Positions 39,815 to 50,439 of a stretch of DNA of 64,000 nt are shown one piece after another. The DNA lies in the NCBI GenBank assembly GCA_031383405.1, contig JANMZO010000480.1:2829-66828 (forward strand), written 5' to 3'. The translations under genes and the position numbers were made by a program. How positions within the stretch are numbered: the first letter of the stretch is position 1; every line of letters begins with the position of its first letter. This DNA comes from Acidimicrobiia bacterium. Its GTDB lineage: Bacteria; Actinomycetota; Acidimicrobiia; Acidimicrobiales; JANYDT01. A model generated the notes under the pieces. It was not told where the DNA came from. It worked only from the letters and a program-made list of their open reading frames with translations, and searched no databases.

Positions 39815-42489
39815 CCTCCGGTTACCGATTCAAGACGCACTTTTGTGACACCTTCTGTGCCCATCGTGGCGACATCGATGAGATCCGCAGCGCCTGGGCC
39901 GTGTTGGTTGAACGGCACGAACGCAGCACCTCGCGGCACGCGCTCGTCGGCCATAACCGACAATACGACATCGGCGGTTTGCGATACGAGTCGGACGTTC
40001 GATCCGTGGGTCAACCCGTGGCGTTCGACCTCGCCCGGATTGAGCCGAACGTGAGGCCCGGGAGCAAGCTTCGCCAGCGACGGACTGGCCTGTGTGATGG
40101 TGCCGTGGTCGTAGAGCGTACGGCTCGTCACGAGCCGCAACGAGTACGAGTCGGGCTGGGGAACCACGGCCGCGGCGGCGTTCGGCCGGAAGCTCACGAG
40201 TGGGGGAACCGACAGCGCACCTGGCGCCGTGGCCTCCTTCTCAGGAGCATCCGCACCGGCGGTCGGGGAGGTATCGGCGGAGGCTTCGGTGGGTGCGTCA
40301 GTGGGCACCGCTGATTCGATCGAAGCCGCCGGTATCGGCACGAGCACGCCGTCGGCATTGCCGGGAGCATTGAGGACCGTCGCGGTCAGGCCCAGATGCG
40401 ACGGACACACCGCGGCGATTTCCGCCGTGATGTCCTCCACCGAGTCGAAGCCGAAGTCTTCGCCCAGATTCGATGCCATCTCGGCGAACGCCATCCAGTC
40501 AGGGCGGGCCAGACCGGGCGCGGAAACCTTCGCCCGAACGTTGCTCACGCGACCTTCGATATTTGTTGTGGTACCCGACTTCTCGCCGTAACCGGCGGCC
40601 GGCAGGAGAACGTCGGCGAACGCGTTGGATGAGTTCGGCATGGTGTCTATGGCAACGATGTACCCGACATTGGCAAGAGCCTTTTGGGCAAGTGCCCTGT
40701 CAGGAAAATCCGCGAGCGGATCGGCACCGACGAGCACCAGTGCCTTGATCCCTCCACCAACAGCACCGAGAAGCATCTCGTGGGTGTCAAGGCCCACCGA
40801 AACGGGAGCCGCACCCCAGTGTTTGGCGAACCACGACGCTCCGTCAGCCAGGCTCGTGCGCCCAGGCAGCATTCCCGGGGCGAGACCCATATCGAGGGCG
40901 CCACGAAGATTGGAACGACGCATGGCGGGGAGAAACGTGACGCCCGGGATCCCGTTGTTGAGGGCACCTAGCGCCTCGACCACCGAGTCGGTCGTTTCGG
41001 CCAGCGACGGACGACCAAAAATCACAACAACCCTGCCGTTGCCCCTGCCACCAGCGACCGCAACCCTGAGTGCTTCTGCCGCGATGTGAAGATCAACTGC
41101 CTCCACGCCTCCAACCTGGCGCTCCACATCAACACCCTCGATGAGCGACAGCAGCGAACGAACGACGACCGCTGCTTCACCCGGCCGGTAGGCAAGGGTC
41201 GACGTCGTGTAGGGGCTGAGACCGGTCCGGGTCGGCGACAGTTCGATGATCGGAACACGCTTCTCCGATGCATCGCGAAGGCGCAGGAAGAGAACCGGAA
41301 GTTCTTCTTTGATGTCGGCGCCCAGAACGATCACCGCCGACGCGCCGCATGCATCGTTGATCGTCGCCGAGGGGAGACCGAGCCAGGCATGGGCCGGAAG
41401 CCCGTCGCCAAGTTGCGCATCGACGTTGTCAGTCTTCACAACCGCCTTCGCGAACTTCACCATCGCGTACTGGTCCTCATTGGTCAGTCGGGCACCGCCG
41501 ATGAAGCCGATCTCCGACGGTTGATAGGTACGCAGACGATCGGTGACCTGGCCGAGCGCTTCAGTCCACGATGTCCTGACTGCCGCCCGGCCCTTCGCAA
41601 CCCGCACCATCGGTTGGGCGAGACGATCGGAGGCGCTGATGCTTTGAAAATCGAAGCGACCCTTGTCGCACAACCAGCCCCAATTGATCGGGCCTGAGTC
41701 GACGCCCTGGACTCGGGTGATTTCGTCGCCGCTCGACTGAACGACCACCCGGCAACCAACCGCGCACGACGTGCACGTCGACTCGACCTGATCGAGGTCC
41801 CAAGGACGGGCGACAAAGCGGTACGGCTCGGCGGTGAGTGCACCGACCGGGCAGATCTGCACAACATTTCCCGAGAAGTACGACGCGTAGGGGTCGTCGG
41901 GAAAGGTGTTGACCTCGGTTGCGTTGCCACGGTTGATGAAATGAATCAGCGGATCGCCGCTCACTTCTTTGGAGAACCGGGTGCAGCGGTCACACAGAAT
42001 GCAGCGCTCGCGGTCGAGCAACACGAGGTCGCTGATCGGGATCGGTTTCTCAAAGTGCCGCTTCTCCTCGACAAAGCGTGACTCACCCGGACCGAACGTG
42101 AGGGTCTGATCCTGCAGCGGGCACTCGCCACCCTTGTCGCATACCGGGCAGTCGAGCGGATGATTGATCAAAAGGAACTCAAGCACGCCGTCTTGTGCCT
42201 TCTTGACGACTTCGCTCTTGGTGTCGACGACCATACCTTCAGCACACGGCTGCATGCACGCCGGCTGCAGCGACATGCCCCGTGGGCCCGAAACTTCAAT
42301 CAGACACATGCGACACATGCCGACCTCGCGCATACGCGGGTGCCAGCAGAACCTCGGGATGTACGTGCCCGTCCGTTCGGCGGCGGCGATCAAGAGCTCA
42401 CCGGGATTCGCCTCGACGGCGTGACCGTCGATCGTAACCGTGAGAGTTGTCTTCTTCGGGGCTTCGGGTGCGGAGGCGATGTCAGTCAT
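39811..42489 (-). CDS. nuoG: Complex I subunit G
   Basis: IPRFC...CRMC...AC, HPLDCPVCDKGGEC, CILCDRC, CTSCAVGC (N7-type cluster). Confidence 0.96.
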   Translation of the reverse strand: MTDIASAPEAPKKTTLTVTIDGHAVEANPGELLIAAAERTGTYIPRFCWHPRMREVGMCRMCLIEVSGPRGMSLQPACMQPCAEGMVVDTKSEVVKKAQDGVLEFLLINHPLDCPVCDKGGECPLQDQTLTFGPGESRFVEEKRHFEKPIPISDLVLLDRERCILCDRCTRFSKEVSGDPLIHFINRGNATEVNTFPDDPYASYFSGNVVQICPVGALTAEPYRFVARPWDLDQVESTCTSCAVGCRVVVQSSGDEITRVQGVDSGPINWGWLCDKGRFDFQSISASDRLAQPMVRVAKGRAAVRTSWTEALGQVTDRLRTYQPSEIGFIGGARLTNEDQYAMVKFAKAVVKTDNVDAQLGDGLPAHAWLGLPSATINDACGASAVIVLGADIKEELPVLFLRLRDASEKRVPIIELSPTRTGLSPYTTSTLAYRPGEAAVVVRSLLSLIEGVDVERQVGGVEAVDLHIAAEALRVAVAGGRGNGRVVVIFGRPSLAETTDSVVEALGALNNGIPGVTFLPAMRRSNLRGALDMGLAPGMLPGRTSLADGASWFAKHWGAAPVSVGLDTHEMLLGAVGGGIKALVLVGADPLADFPDRALAQKALANVGYIVAIDTMPNSSNAFADVLLPAAGYGEKSGTTTNIEGRVSNVRAKVSAPGLARPDWMAFAEMASNLGEDFGFDSVEDITAEIAAVCPSHLGLTATVLNAPGNADGVLVPIPAASIESAVPTDAPTEASADTSPTAGADAPEKEATAPGALSVPPLVSFRPNAAAAVVPQPDSYSLRLVTSRTLYDHGTITQASPSLAKLAPGPHVRLNPGEVERHGLTHGSNVRLVSQTADVVLSVMADERVPRGAAFVPFNQHGPGAADLIDVATMGTEGVTKVRLESVTGG

Positions 42490-42520
42490 GGCTCGTTGAT
42501 CTCGGGTAGCGCGAAAATCA

Positions 42521-43846
42521 TCAGTGATCGCCCGACAACACAGGGATACGGGTCGGGCTTGGCTTCGCTTTTGCTATGTACGCTTCATATTCGTTGCGGA
42601 ACCGTTTCACGGAGCCCGGCAACGCCCCCGCCGCAGCTGACGGACCGAGCGGGCAGATCGTCGTCTGCTTCGGTGGCCATGTCAGCCCGGGGCTGATGTT
42701 GTCGGCAACATCGAGCAGGAGATCAATGTCTTCAGGACGGCCATGACCATCGAGAATGCGCCGATAGATTTTTTCGAGCCAGTTCGTGCCTTCACGGCAC
42801 GGCGAGCACTTGCCGCAACTTTCCTTGGCAAAGAACTTCACCAGACGCCACGTGGCCTTGACGATGTCGGTGGTCTCGTCCATCACCACGATCGCGCCGG
42901 AACCGAGCATCGAGCCCTTGCTGCCGACAACGCCCGCATCAAGCGGTGTGTCGAGATCCTCTTCGAAGAACCACGGAGCCGAGCCGCCGCCGGGAATGAA
43001 CGCCTTGACTTTGCGGTCTTCGCGTATGCCACCGGCAAAGTCGTAGAACAACTCACGGAAGGTCGTCGTGCCGAACTCAACTTCGAACACGCCAGGGTTC
43101 TTTACGTGACCCGATACGGCGAACAGACGGGTCCCGGCATTTTTCTCGTTGCCGACGGCCGTGAAAGCTTCGGCGCCGTTGATCATGATCCACGGCAGAT
43201 TCGACAGGGTCTCGACGTTGTTCACCACCGTTGGCTGCAGATACAGCCCCTTCGAGGCCGGGAAGAACGGTGGCTTCAGACGCGGCATGCCACGGTTGCC
43301 TTCGAGCGATTCGATGAGTGCGGTTTCCTCGCCCACGATGTAGGCGCCAGCACCCCAATGCAGCATCACGTCGACACTGAAATCCGTGCCCATGATGTTC
43401 TTGCCGATATATCCGCTGGCGTAAGCATCGTTCAACGCCTGGGCCATCCGCTCCTGGGCGTGGGGCATCTCGCCGCGGATGTAGATGAACGCCTGCGCCG
43501 CCCGGATGGCATACGCGGCGATCAACACACCTTCGATCAACTGGTGCGGGTCCCGCTCCAACAAGATGCGGTCTTTGTAGGTACCCGGCTCCGACTCGTC
43601 GCCGTTGACCACGAGGTAACGGGGGAACACGTCTTTCGGAAGGAAGCCCCACTTGGTACCGCAGGGAAAACCGGCGCCGCCGCGTCCGGCGAGGTTTGCC
43701 GCCTTGACTTCGTCGACCACCTCCTCGGGGGTACGGGCAAGCGCCTTGCGCAGACCTTCGTATCCGTCGGTGCGAAGGTACCCCTCAAGGGTGTGCCCGT
43801 CGGCCTGGTCCCAACGGGTTGTGATCATCTTGAGTGGAGCGGGCAT
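42521..43846 (-). CDS. nuoF: Complex I subunit F (FMN/NADH-binding)
   Basis: GRGGAGFP, NGDESEPG, GAYIVGEET, ESCGKCSPCREG. Confidence 0.97.
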   Translation of the reverse strand: MPAPLKMITTRWDQADGHTLEGYLRTDGYEGLRKALARTPEEVVDEVKAANLAGRGGAGFPCGTKWGFLPKDVFPRYLVVNGDESEPGTYKDRILLERDPHQLIEGVLIAAYAIRAAQAFIYIRGEMPHAQERMAQALNDAYASGYIGKNIMGTDFSVDVMLHWGAGAYIVGEETALIESLEGNRGMPRLKPPFFPASKGLYLQPTVVNNVETLSNLPWIMINGAEAFTAVGNEKNAGTRLFAVSGHVKNPGVFEVEFGTTTFRELFYDFAGGIREDRKVKAFIPGGGSAPWFFEEDLDTPLDAGVVGSKGSMLGSGAIVVMDETTDIVKATWRLVKFFAKESCGKCSPCREGTNWLEKIYRRILDGHGRPEDIDLLLDVADNISPGLTWPPKQTTICPLGPSAAAGALPGSVKRFRNEYEAYIAKAKPSPTRIPVLSGDH

Positions 43847-43903
43847 ATGAGTCCTACGTTGTTAAGCGTACGTACGAAAGGGAACTAGAAGACGAAGGGA
43901 AAA

Positions 43904-44467
43904 TCAGAAGGTCTGTCGTGAAGCTCGCCGGTCAGAGGGAATCGATTGACGAACCTTACCCAGCGAGCCGTGCGACGGGATATCCGAGCGCCGTCCGGCG
44001 CGTATTTCGGTCACCAGCGAATCGAAACCGGAATTGCTCACCCTGTACTCGTAGCGGTAGTTAACCTGCAGACACGGTGCCTCCGTACACGCAGCCAGGC
44101 ACTCCATCTCCTCAAGCGTGAACAGTCCGTCGGCCGTCGTCGCGCCAGCCCGGATGCCGAGCGATTTCTCCGCATGCTCCAGCAGTTCCTCGCCGCCGAC
44201 CAGCAGGCACGAGATGTTGGTGCACACGCCCACGATGTACTTGCCCACCGGATGGAACTTGAACATCTCATAGAAGCTCGCCGTGCCGTAGACCTCAGCC
44301 GACGTACAGCCCACGAGTTCGGCGATCTGCACCATCGCGTCCTCAGTCAGATACCCGTCTTGCTCCTGGGCCAGATGGCACAGCGGAATTGTGGCGCTCT
44401 TCGAACGCGGATAATGACCGACGAGTTCTTTGGCGCGTTCGAGATTGGAGGCACTGAAGCGAGCCAT
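43904..44467 (-). CDS. nuoE: Complex I subunit E ([2Fe-2S])
   Basis: VCTNISC...ECLAACTEAP. Confidence 0.96.
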   Translation of the reverse strand: MARFSASNLERAKELVGHYPRSKSATIPLCHLAQEQDGYLTEDAMVQIAELVGCTSAEVYGTASFYEMFKFHPVGKYIVGVCTNISCLLVGGEELLEHAEKSLGIRAGATTADGLFTLEEMECLAACTEAPCLQVNYRYEYRVSNSGFDSLVTEIRAGRRSDIPSHGSLGKVRQSIPSDRRASRQTF

Positions 44468-45768
44468 CAGCGGTCGACCTCACCCAAAACGGGGTCGATA
44501 GAACTTATGATCGCGATCGCGTCGGCCATCATGGCGCCGCGCATCATCGTCGGCATCGATTGCAGGTTTACGAACGACGCGCCTCTCCAGTGCATCCGGA
44601 ACGGCTTCGTGCTTCCATCGCTGACCATGTAGCAACCGACTTCTCCCCGGGGCGACTCGACAGGCACGTAGACCTCACCCGCAGGAACCTTGAAACCATC
44701 GGTGAACAACTTGAAATGGTGGATCAATGCTTCCATCGACTCATCGATTCGGCTGCGCGGAGGCGGCGTGATCTTCTTGTTCTGTGTGCGGTAATCACCC
44801 GTGGGCATCATGTCAACAATCTGGCGGACGATCCGGATCGACTCACGGATTTCGTTGAGACGAATGGCGTACCGGTCGAACGCGTCGCCGTGCGTGCCGA
44901 CGATCACGTCGAACTCGACCGCATCGTAGGCCAGATACGGCATATGGCGGCGAAGATCCCATTCGACACCGGTCGAACGGAGAATGGGTCCGGTTGCACT
45001 AAGACCGATCGCCTCCTCCGGCGTCATGACGCCGACGCCCTGGGTGCGATCCATGAAGATCGGCTGTCCGGTGAGCAGGGTGTCGTAGTCATCGAGGCGG
45101 GGCTCAATCGCTTCACACAACGCCAGACAGTCGTGCTGCCAGTCACTCGGAAGGTCAGCGGCGACGCCACCGGGACGGATGTAGTTGTGGTTCATTCGAA
45201 GACCGGTGGTCTTCTCGAAAAACGAGAGCACCTCTTCGCGCTCACGCCACCCGTAGATCATCATGCCGACCGCTCCGAGGTCCATGCCGTTCGTAGCCAT
45301 GAACAACAGATGACTCGCCATGCGGTTGAGTTCCGACATGAGCATTCTGATCCAGGTGGCCCGCTCGGGCACGTCGATCTCCAGCAGTTTTTCTGTGGCC
45401 AGACTGAAGGCGAGTTCGTTGAAGAACGGCGACAGATAGTCCATGCGGGTGACGTTTGTGCCACCCTGCATATAGGTCAGCGTCTCTGCGGTCTTCTCCA
45501 TACCGGTGTGGAGATAGCCGACCACCGGCTTGGTGCGAAGGATCTGCTCGCCCTTCAGTTCCAGCATCACACGGAGGACCCCGTGCGTACTCGGGTGCTG
45601 CGGACCCATGTTGATGATCATCGTCTCGTCGTCGCCGAGTTCGATGTCGTAGTCACTCACATCGAGAAGATCGACATCGCTCACGCCCCGCAGAACGGCC
45701 CCTTCTTCACGGAGGAGTTCTTTGGCCGGCGTTTCGAGTCGACCCTGCATTTCCTGGCCGAAGTTCAT
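44467..45768 (-). CDS. nuoD: Complex I subunit D (cluster 1)
   Basis: NMGPQHPSTHGVLR, GYLHTGMEK, RMDY, GEVDR. Confidence 0.97.
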   Translation of the reverse strand: MNFGQEMQGRLETPAKELLREEGAVLRGVSDVDLLDVSDYDIELGDDETMIINMGPQHPSTHGVLRVMLELKGEQILRTKPVVGYLHTGMEKTAETLTYMQGGTNVTRMDYLSPFFNELAFSLATEKLLEIDVPERATWIRMLMSELNRMASHLLFMATNGMDLGAVGMMIYGWREREEVLSFFEKTTGLRMNHNYIRPGGVAADLPSDWQHDCLALCEAIEPRLDDYDTLLTGQPIFMDRTQGVGVMTPEEAIGLSATGPILRSTGVEWDLRRHMPYLAYDAVEFDVIVGTHGDAFDRYAIRLNEIRESIRIVRQIVDMMPTGDYRTQNKKITPPPRSRIDESMEALIHHFKLFTDGFKVPAGEVYVPVESPRGEVGCYMVSDGSTKPFRMHWRGASFVNLQSMPTMMRGAMMADAIAIISSIDPVLGEVDR

Positions 45769-45770
45769 AG

Positions 45771-46292
45771 CTACCTCGCGGTTCCTTCTTTGAACTGCAC
45801 CGGAATCCGGCCAGTCGCATAGTCCTTGCGCAGGGGATGACCTTCCCAGTTGTCGGGTAACAGGATCCGGGTTAGGTCCGGATGGCCATCGAAGTTGACG
45901 CCGAGCAGGTCAAAGGCTTCTCGCTCCATTGCTTCAGCACCCGGGTACAGGTCGTAGAGCGATGCGACCGTGCAGTCGGCCTCCGGCACCTGGACCCGCA
46001 CGCGGACCCGCTCACGCCGGGCATGCGACAGCAGGTTGGCGACCACTTCGAAGCGTTCGGCCGCAATGCCGACCGGAAGTTCGCGGGTGTGGTTGCCGAG
46101 ATAGTCGACCGCGCAAAGATCCGACAGCTGAGCAAAGCCCTCACCCTTCAGCGACCTGACAATCTGGAGATAGTCAGCGCGCCTAGGATGCACGACCTTC
46201 TCGCCCCGACTGTACGACACGGGGGATCCATGAAGAGTCTCGAGGGCAGGTGGTGGGGCTTCTGCGGGAGTCGAGACATCGGATGTCGACAT
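45771..46292 (-). CDS. nuoC: Complex I subunit C (cluster 1)
   Basis: EREAFDLLG...GHPDLTRIL...GHPLRKDY. Confidence 0.95.
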   Translation of the reverse strand: MSTSDVSTPAEAPPPALETLHGSPVSYSRGEKVVHPRRADYLQIVRSLKGEGFAQLSDLCAVDYLGNHTRELPVGIAAERFEVVANLLSHARRERVRVRVQVPEADCTVASLYDLYPGAEAMEREAFDLLGVNFDGHPDLTRILLPDNWEGHPLRKDYATGRIPVQFKEGTAR

Positions 46293-46840
46293 TACTTCGG
46301 GCGTCCGATAGCGATAGTTGGAGGGGGAACATCGAGGAGAATCGATGCGCCGACACCTGTCTCGCTACGGCGCTTGGCGATCTCGCCCGTCTCAATCTTC
46401 TTGTGAATCGTAAGGATGGCGTGAATCAGGGTCTCGGGGCCCGGAGGGCAACCCGGGGCGTAGACATCGACCGGAACAATCTGGTCGACGCCCTGCACAA
46501 TGGCGTAGTTGTTGAACATGCCACCCGACGACGCACACACTCCCATCGCGATGACCCACTTCGGTTCCATCATCTGGTCGTAGACCTGACGAAGAACAGG
46601 AGCCATCTTCTGCGACACGCGTCCGGCCACGATCATGAGATCGGCTTGACGCGGCGAAGCGCGAAAGACCTCCATGCCGAAGCGGGCGAGGTCGAAACGC
46701 GATGCACCGGTCGCCATCATCTCAATCGCGCAGCAGGCCAAGCCGAACGACGCCGGCCAGACGCTGTTCTTACGCGACCAACTGACCAGACTTTCGACAG
46801 AACCGGTCAGAAAATTGTGATTGAGATCTTCGAGCCCCAT
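46292..46840 (-). CDS. nuoB: Complex I subunit B (cluster 1)
   Basis: [21 protein letters not shown]. Confidence 0.97.
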   Translation of the reverse strand: MGLEDLNHNFLTGSVESLVSWSRKNSVWPASFGLACCAIEMMATGASRFDLARFGMEVFRASPRQADLMIVAGRVSQKMAPVLRQVYDQMMEPKWVIAMGVCASSGGMFNNYAIVQGVDQIVPVDVYAPGCPPGPETLIHAILTIHKKIETGEIAKRRSETGVGASILLDVPPPTIAIGRPK

Positions 46841-46843
46841 GGA

Positions 46844-47314
46844 TTAGGCCGCCTCTACTGGGGGAACAACCGGCTCCGGACGACCCACTCGACGGATCGT
46901 CGACGACGTCGAACGTGCCTGCGTCAGCGTCTTCTCCGCCGAACGCAATGCCGACACCGGACCCCAGTCGAGGGCGCCATTCGAGATCAGATATGTGAAG
47001 GCTACGACCACCGCAGCGGAGAACATGACCATCTCGGTCAAGCCGAAAAGCCCGAGCTGGCTGAACGTCACGGCCCACGGGTACAAGAAGATGACCTCGA
47101 TGTCGAAGATTATGAAGATCATCGCCACGAGATAGAACTTGACCGGGAACCGTTCGGCGGGTTCGTGTTCGGGAACGATTCCGCATTCGTAGGGTCCGAT
47201 CTTCGCTGCGTTCTCGCGACGCTTCGGACCGAGGAGAGCCGAAGCTACGAACGAGCCGAATACGAAGAGGGTGGCTACGAGAAACAGCAGAAGAATCGGA
47301 AGGTAGTCGCCCAC
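46844..47314 (-). CDS. nuoA: Complex I subunit A (cluster 1)
   Basis: PYECG, FIIFDIEVIFLYPWA. Confidence 0.95.
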   Translation of the reverse strand: MGDYLPILLLFLVATLFVFGSFVASALLGPKRRENAAKIGPYECGIVPEHEPAERFPVKFYLVAMIFIIFDIEVIFLYPWAVTFSQLGLFGLTEMVMFSAAVVVAFTYLISNGALDWGPVSALRSAEKTLTQARSTSSTIRRVGRPEPVVPPVEAA

Positions 47315-47319
47315 GACAA

Positions 47320-48156
47320 CTACGCCCTCGCCGGCTTCAGGGATGCCATGTGGGCCATCAACTGCTTATCCCGCTTGTGAAGGCTGAGCACACTGATCAC
47401 AAACAGCACCATCGAACACATGAAGATGAAGAACGGTGGTTGACGCTTCGTGCCAGCATCCCGGTAGCCGACCACGTAGATGGGCTTGGCCGCGGTATCG
47501 ACAACAAAGGCACCTTTATCGTCTTTGACCGGTTCACCGACATCGTTGGTTTTGTAGGTCTGAATGATCTCCACGATGTAGTGCTTGGAGTGAAGAAGAC
47601 CCATCATCCGGTAGCTCGTAGGGTCGTACCACTTCTCGCCCTTTATTTTTCGGGGCCGGATCTTCAAACGCTGATCGCCGCCAGTTTCATAGGTGGCGAT
47701 CGCTTTGTACCGCTCCGCTCCGGTGGCGGGAAAAAGTGCGGCTCCACCGTCTGCGACCGGTTTTTTGAGGAAGGCACCCAGTGCCGCACTGGAGTCGCCG
47801 GCCGTCGTCGAACCAGCCTTCACGACACGCCAGCCCTTGATGTCCATGTCGGGCTTGGCTGGCAGCAGGGCCACCTTTTCGATCTGAGCGCTCGACGGGT
47901 CAGTAATTGCTTCGATGCCCTTCCACGACGGATCTTTGCCCTTAAGGCCGATCCCGTACATCATCCAGACGACACACATCAGTGCCATCCAACCCCAGAA
48001 TGCGGCATTGGCAAGAAGGAAACCGAGCCGGTTGCCGACGTTCGTGGACAAGATGACGTAGGTGCTCCCACAAAGGATCAGGAACATGATTCCGGGGAAC
48101 AGAATGCCCCGGATAGTGGGATCCCACTTCAGAATGGCTAGAACAGCAGAAAGCAT
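47320..48156 (-). CDS. Hypothetical membrane protein linking the bc-type cluster to nuoA
   Basis: Two N-terminal and one C-terminal hydrophobic segments; start overlaps the cytochrome c stop; ends 5 nt before nuoA. Confidence 0.75.
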   Translation of the reverse strand: MLSAVLAILKWDPTIRGILFPGIMFLILCGSTYVILSTNVGNRLGFLLANAAFWGWMALMCVVWMMYGIGLKGKDPSWKGIEAITDPSSAQIEKVALLPAKPDMDIKGWRVVKAGSTTAGDSSAALGAFLKKPVADGGAALFPATGAERYKAIATYETGGDQRLKIRPRKIKGEKWYDPTSYRMMGLLHSKHYIVEIIQTYKTNDVGEPVKDDKGAFVVDTAAKPIYVVGYRDAGTKRQPPFFIFMCSMVLFVISVLSLHKRDKQLMAHMASLKPARA

Positions 48157-49436
48157 TACAGGCCCCGCTCGTAGTCGACGATGGCTTCGATTTGTTTGTC
48201 GGTGAGGATGTTGCCGAAATACGGCATACCACCGCCACTCCAGTGGTTCACACCACCGCTTCCGTAGGCTTCAGAGTCGCCCACACCCTTGGTGATGAAG
48301 TCGATCTGGCTCGCCTTGTCAGGGAACTGCCGCTTGAGGGAGTCCTTGCGCAGTGCGGGACCGTAATAGCCACCGCCCTGCTCCTTGGGCTCGCCATAGC
48401 TGTAACCGTTGGTGTGGCATCGCGCGCAATTAAGGTTGAACAGGATCTCACCATCGGATTTTTCGAGCGTGGCCTTCGCGTCGGCGATTCCCTTTGTTGC
48501 CAATGCAAGCGCGGCTTCGGCGTTGTTGATTGCAGTCGGTTTACCTGCGGCCTTCGCGTCGTCGATCGCCTTCTGCGCGTCGGCAAGTGTCTTGGACTCG
48601 CCCTGGGCGGTCTTCCCGGCGGCAACTTTGAATTCTTCGAACGCCTTCGTGTTGGCTTCCTGTGAATCCTTCTGTGCGGCGACAAACGCCGCGTCGTAGG
48701 CCTTCACCGCATTGTGGGTCTTGTCCCACGTGTCGGTGTACGCCTGCTTGGCGACCGGGTTCTCCTCGATCGCGACGTGCTTCAAATAATTCACGAGGTC
48801 GTCGATCTGCTGGCTGTTACCCGGGCCACCGCCTTTGGTTCCCCATGGCGGCATTGGATTGTTCTTTGCCTTGCCCCGACCGTAAATGAGCACGTTGCGA
48901 ATCTGGTCGGGACGGTAGCGAAGCGCCACATTGTTGATTCGCGGAGCAGACCACGAGACCGAATTCAGCTTTTGCTTTCCGTTCGCGGCATCAATGATGG
49001 GGTTGTTGTTCTCGTCGTACTGCGGCACCAGCCAAGGAGCAGCACCGCCACCACCGTTGGCACCATGGCACTTCGCGCAGTTGAAGCCATTGTGTTCGGC
49101 CCCGAACAACTGCTCGCCGCGATGGACACTTCGCTTGTCGAAACCAAAAATTGCGCCGACCTCTCGACTCGGTTCGTTGAGCCAGTACAGCGGAAGCGAC
49201 AGGGCGACGAGCGTCATCGAAACGAGCGCCCATCCAAGCCAGCGGTCAAGACGCGGTCCTTCGAACACCTCGTCGTCGGGCGCAGACTTTCGGTTGGCGG
49301 CGTTGAGAAAGCTTTGGACAGTGTCTGCGGGGGTGCGGCGGTTCTCGAGGACGACATACACGGCCCACACCACCAGCGCGGCCACGAGGAGGACGAGCGC
49401 TACGGCTCGCTGGGTTGGAAGTGCAGCGACTATCAC
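48156..49436 (-). CDS. Membrane-anchored diheme cytochrome c
   Basis: Two CxxCH motifs (CAKCH, CARCH), each followed by a MP axial-ligand candidate; two N-terminal TM segments. Confidence 0.88.
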   Translation of the reverse strand: MIVAALPTQRAVALVLLVAALVVWAVYVVLENRRTPADTVQSFLNAANRKSAPDDEVFEGPRLDRWLGWALVSMTLVALSLPLYWLNEPSREVGAIFGFDKRSVHRGEQLFGAEHNGFNCAKCHGANGGGGAAPWLVPQYDENNNPIIDAANGKQKLNSVSWSAPRINNVALRYRPDQIRNVLIYGRGKAKNNPMPPWGTKGGGPGNSQQIDDLVNYLKHVAIEENPVAKQAYTDTWDKTHNAVKAYDAAFVAAQKDSQEANTKAFEEFKVAAGKTAQGESKTLADAQKAIDDAKAAGKPTAINNAEAALALATKGIADAKATLEKSDGEILFNLNCARCHTNGYSYGEPKEQGGGYYGPALRKDSLKRQFPDKASQIDFITKGVGDSEAYGSGGVNHWSGGGMPYFGNILTDKQIEAIVDYERGL

Positions 49437-49515
49437 GATCAGATTCCTTGGCGTTCGGTGCGAACGAATGGGTATTGGTGGTCAGACACGGCTACCTGAG
49501 TACGCATCCGCGCCC

Positions 49516-50415
49516 TCACTCTTTTCCACCGACGCAGTGTGGACCTTCAGCGGTTTGGCCGGTGGTGTTCGTACCGTCGGCCGGGCCCTGACGAACACCT
49601 GATGTATCAATCGAAACGACGCCGTCGGAGACCGAAACATCGAAACGATCGAGGCCGCGAGGGGCTGGGCCGCCTCGACGCTCACCTACGCGGTTGTACT
49701 GGGATCCATGACACGGGCACTCGAACCACTGGGAGCTTTCGCACCAAGGAACCTTGCAGCCCAGATGCACGCACTTCTGGTAAATCCCAACCAGTCCCTG
49801 TTCCATACCCGCGTACACGCCCGGCGAATAGACACTCCTGGCCTTGTCGAGCACCGCCTTCTCGGTCGGATACGGAATGAGATAGCTGCGCGCCTCGGCG
49901 ACGTACTTCGGACCCTTGGCCGTGGCAAGTTCGTTCTTGATGTCGTCGAGCTTGCCCACCGCTACCTTGGCACCGAAGCCACCGCTCAACGAGGGCCACA
50001 GGAATGCCAGAACCGCACCACCGAAACCGCCAAGGCCGAGGAGCATCATCACTGTCGTACCACGGTTGAGAAACTGGCGACGGCTGACGCCGAGCTGCTC
50101 GTAGTCGAGCGGCGCGCGGATTACGTCGGGCAGGCTGGGCGCGCTGTTCACCGCAACCTGGTCAGAAACACCCCGACGGGCGAGCGCAACGGAACGCTCG
50201 GCGGAGCGTCCGCTGGGCGGAGGCGGAGGCACCGACGCACCCGATTTCGCCGCTGAGGCATCGGCCTTCGCTCGGGCGCGATCGCGGCGAACAGTCTCGC
50301 GTGCCAGTAGGCCGGTCGCGGCGTTGCGGTCACTGTTACGAGCCGTGACTATGAAGAAACCCACCGCGGCGAGCGCGATGGCGGCGATGATAATTAGTAA
50401 GGCGATTCCACTCAT
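49516..50415 (-). CDS. Rieske iron-sulfur subunit of a Rieske/cytochrome b complex
   Basis: SRRQFL twin-Arg motif + TM; CVHLGC and CPCHGSQY boxes; GPAPRGL. Confidence 0.93.
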   Translation of the reverse strand: MSGIALLIIIAAIALAAVGFFIVTARNSDRNAATGLLARETVRRDRARAKADASAAKSGASVPPPPPSGRSAERSVALARRGVSDQVAVNSAPSLPDVIRAPLDYEQLGVSRRQFLNRGTTVMMLLGLGGFGGAVLAFLWPSLSGGFGAKVAVGKLDDIKNELATAKGPKYVAEARSYLIPYPTEKAVLDKARSVYSPGVYAGMEQGLVGIYQKCVHLGCKVPWCESSQWFECPCHGSQYNRVGERRGGPAPRGLDRFDVSVSDGVVSIDTSGVRQGPADGTNTTGQTAEGPHCVGGKE

Positions 50416-50439
50416 GAGCGTTTCCTTAGGTCGAGACTC

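Noticed and set aside
19979-47314. Duplicated nuo genes as an assembly artefact, or a '2M' complex I
   Set aside because: The two sets are strongly diverged in sequence and length, and each cluster has a single nuoM.
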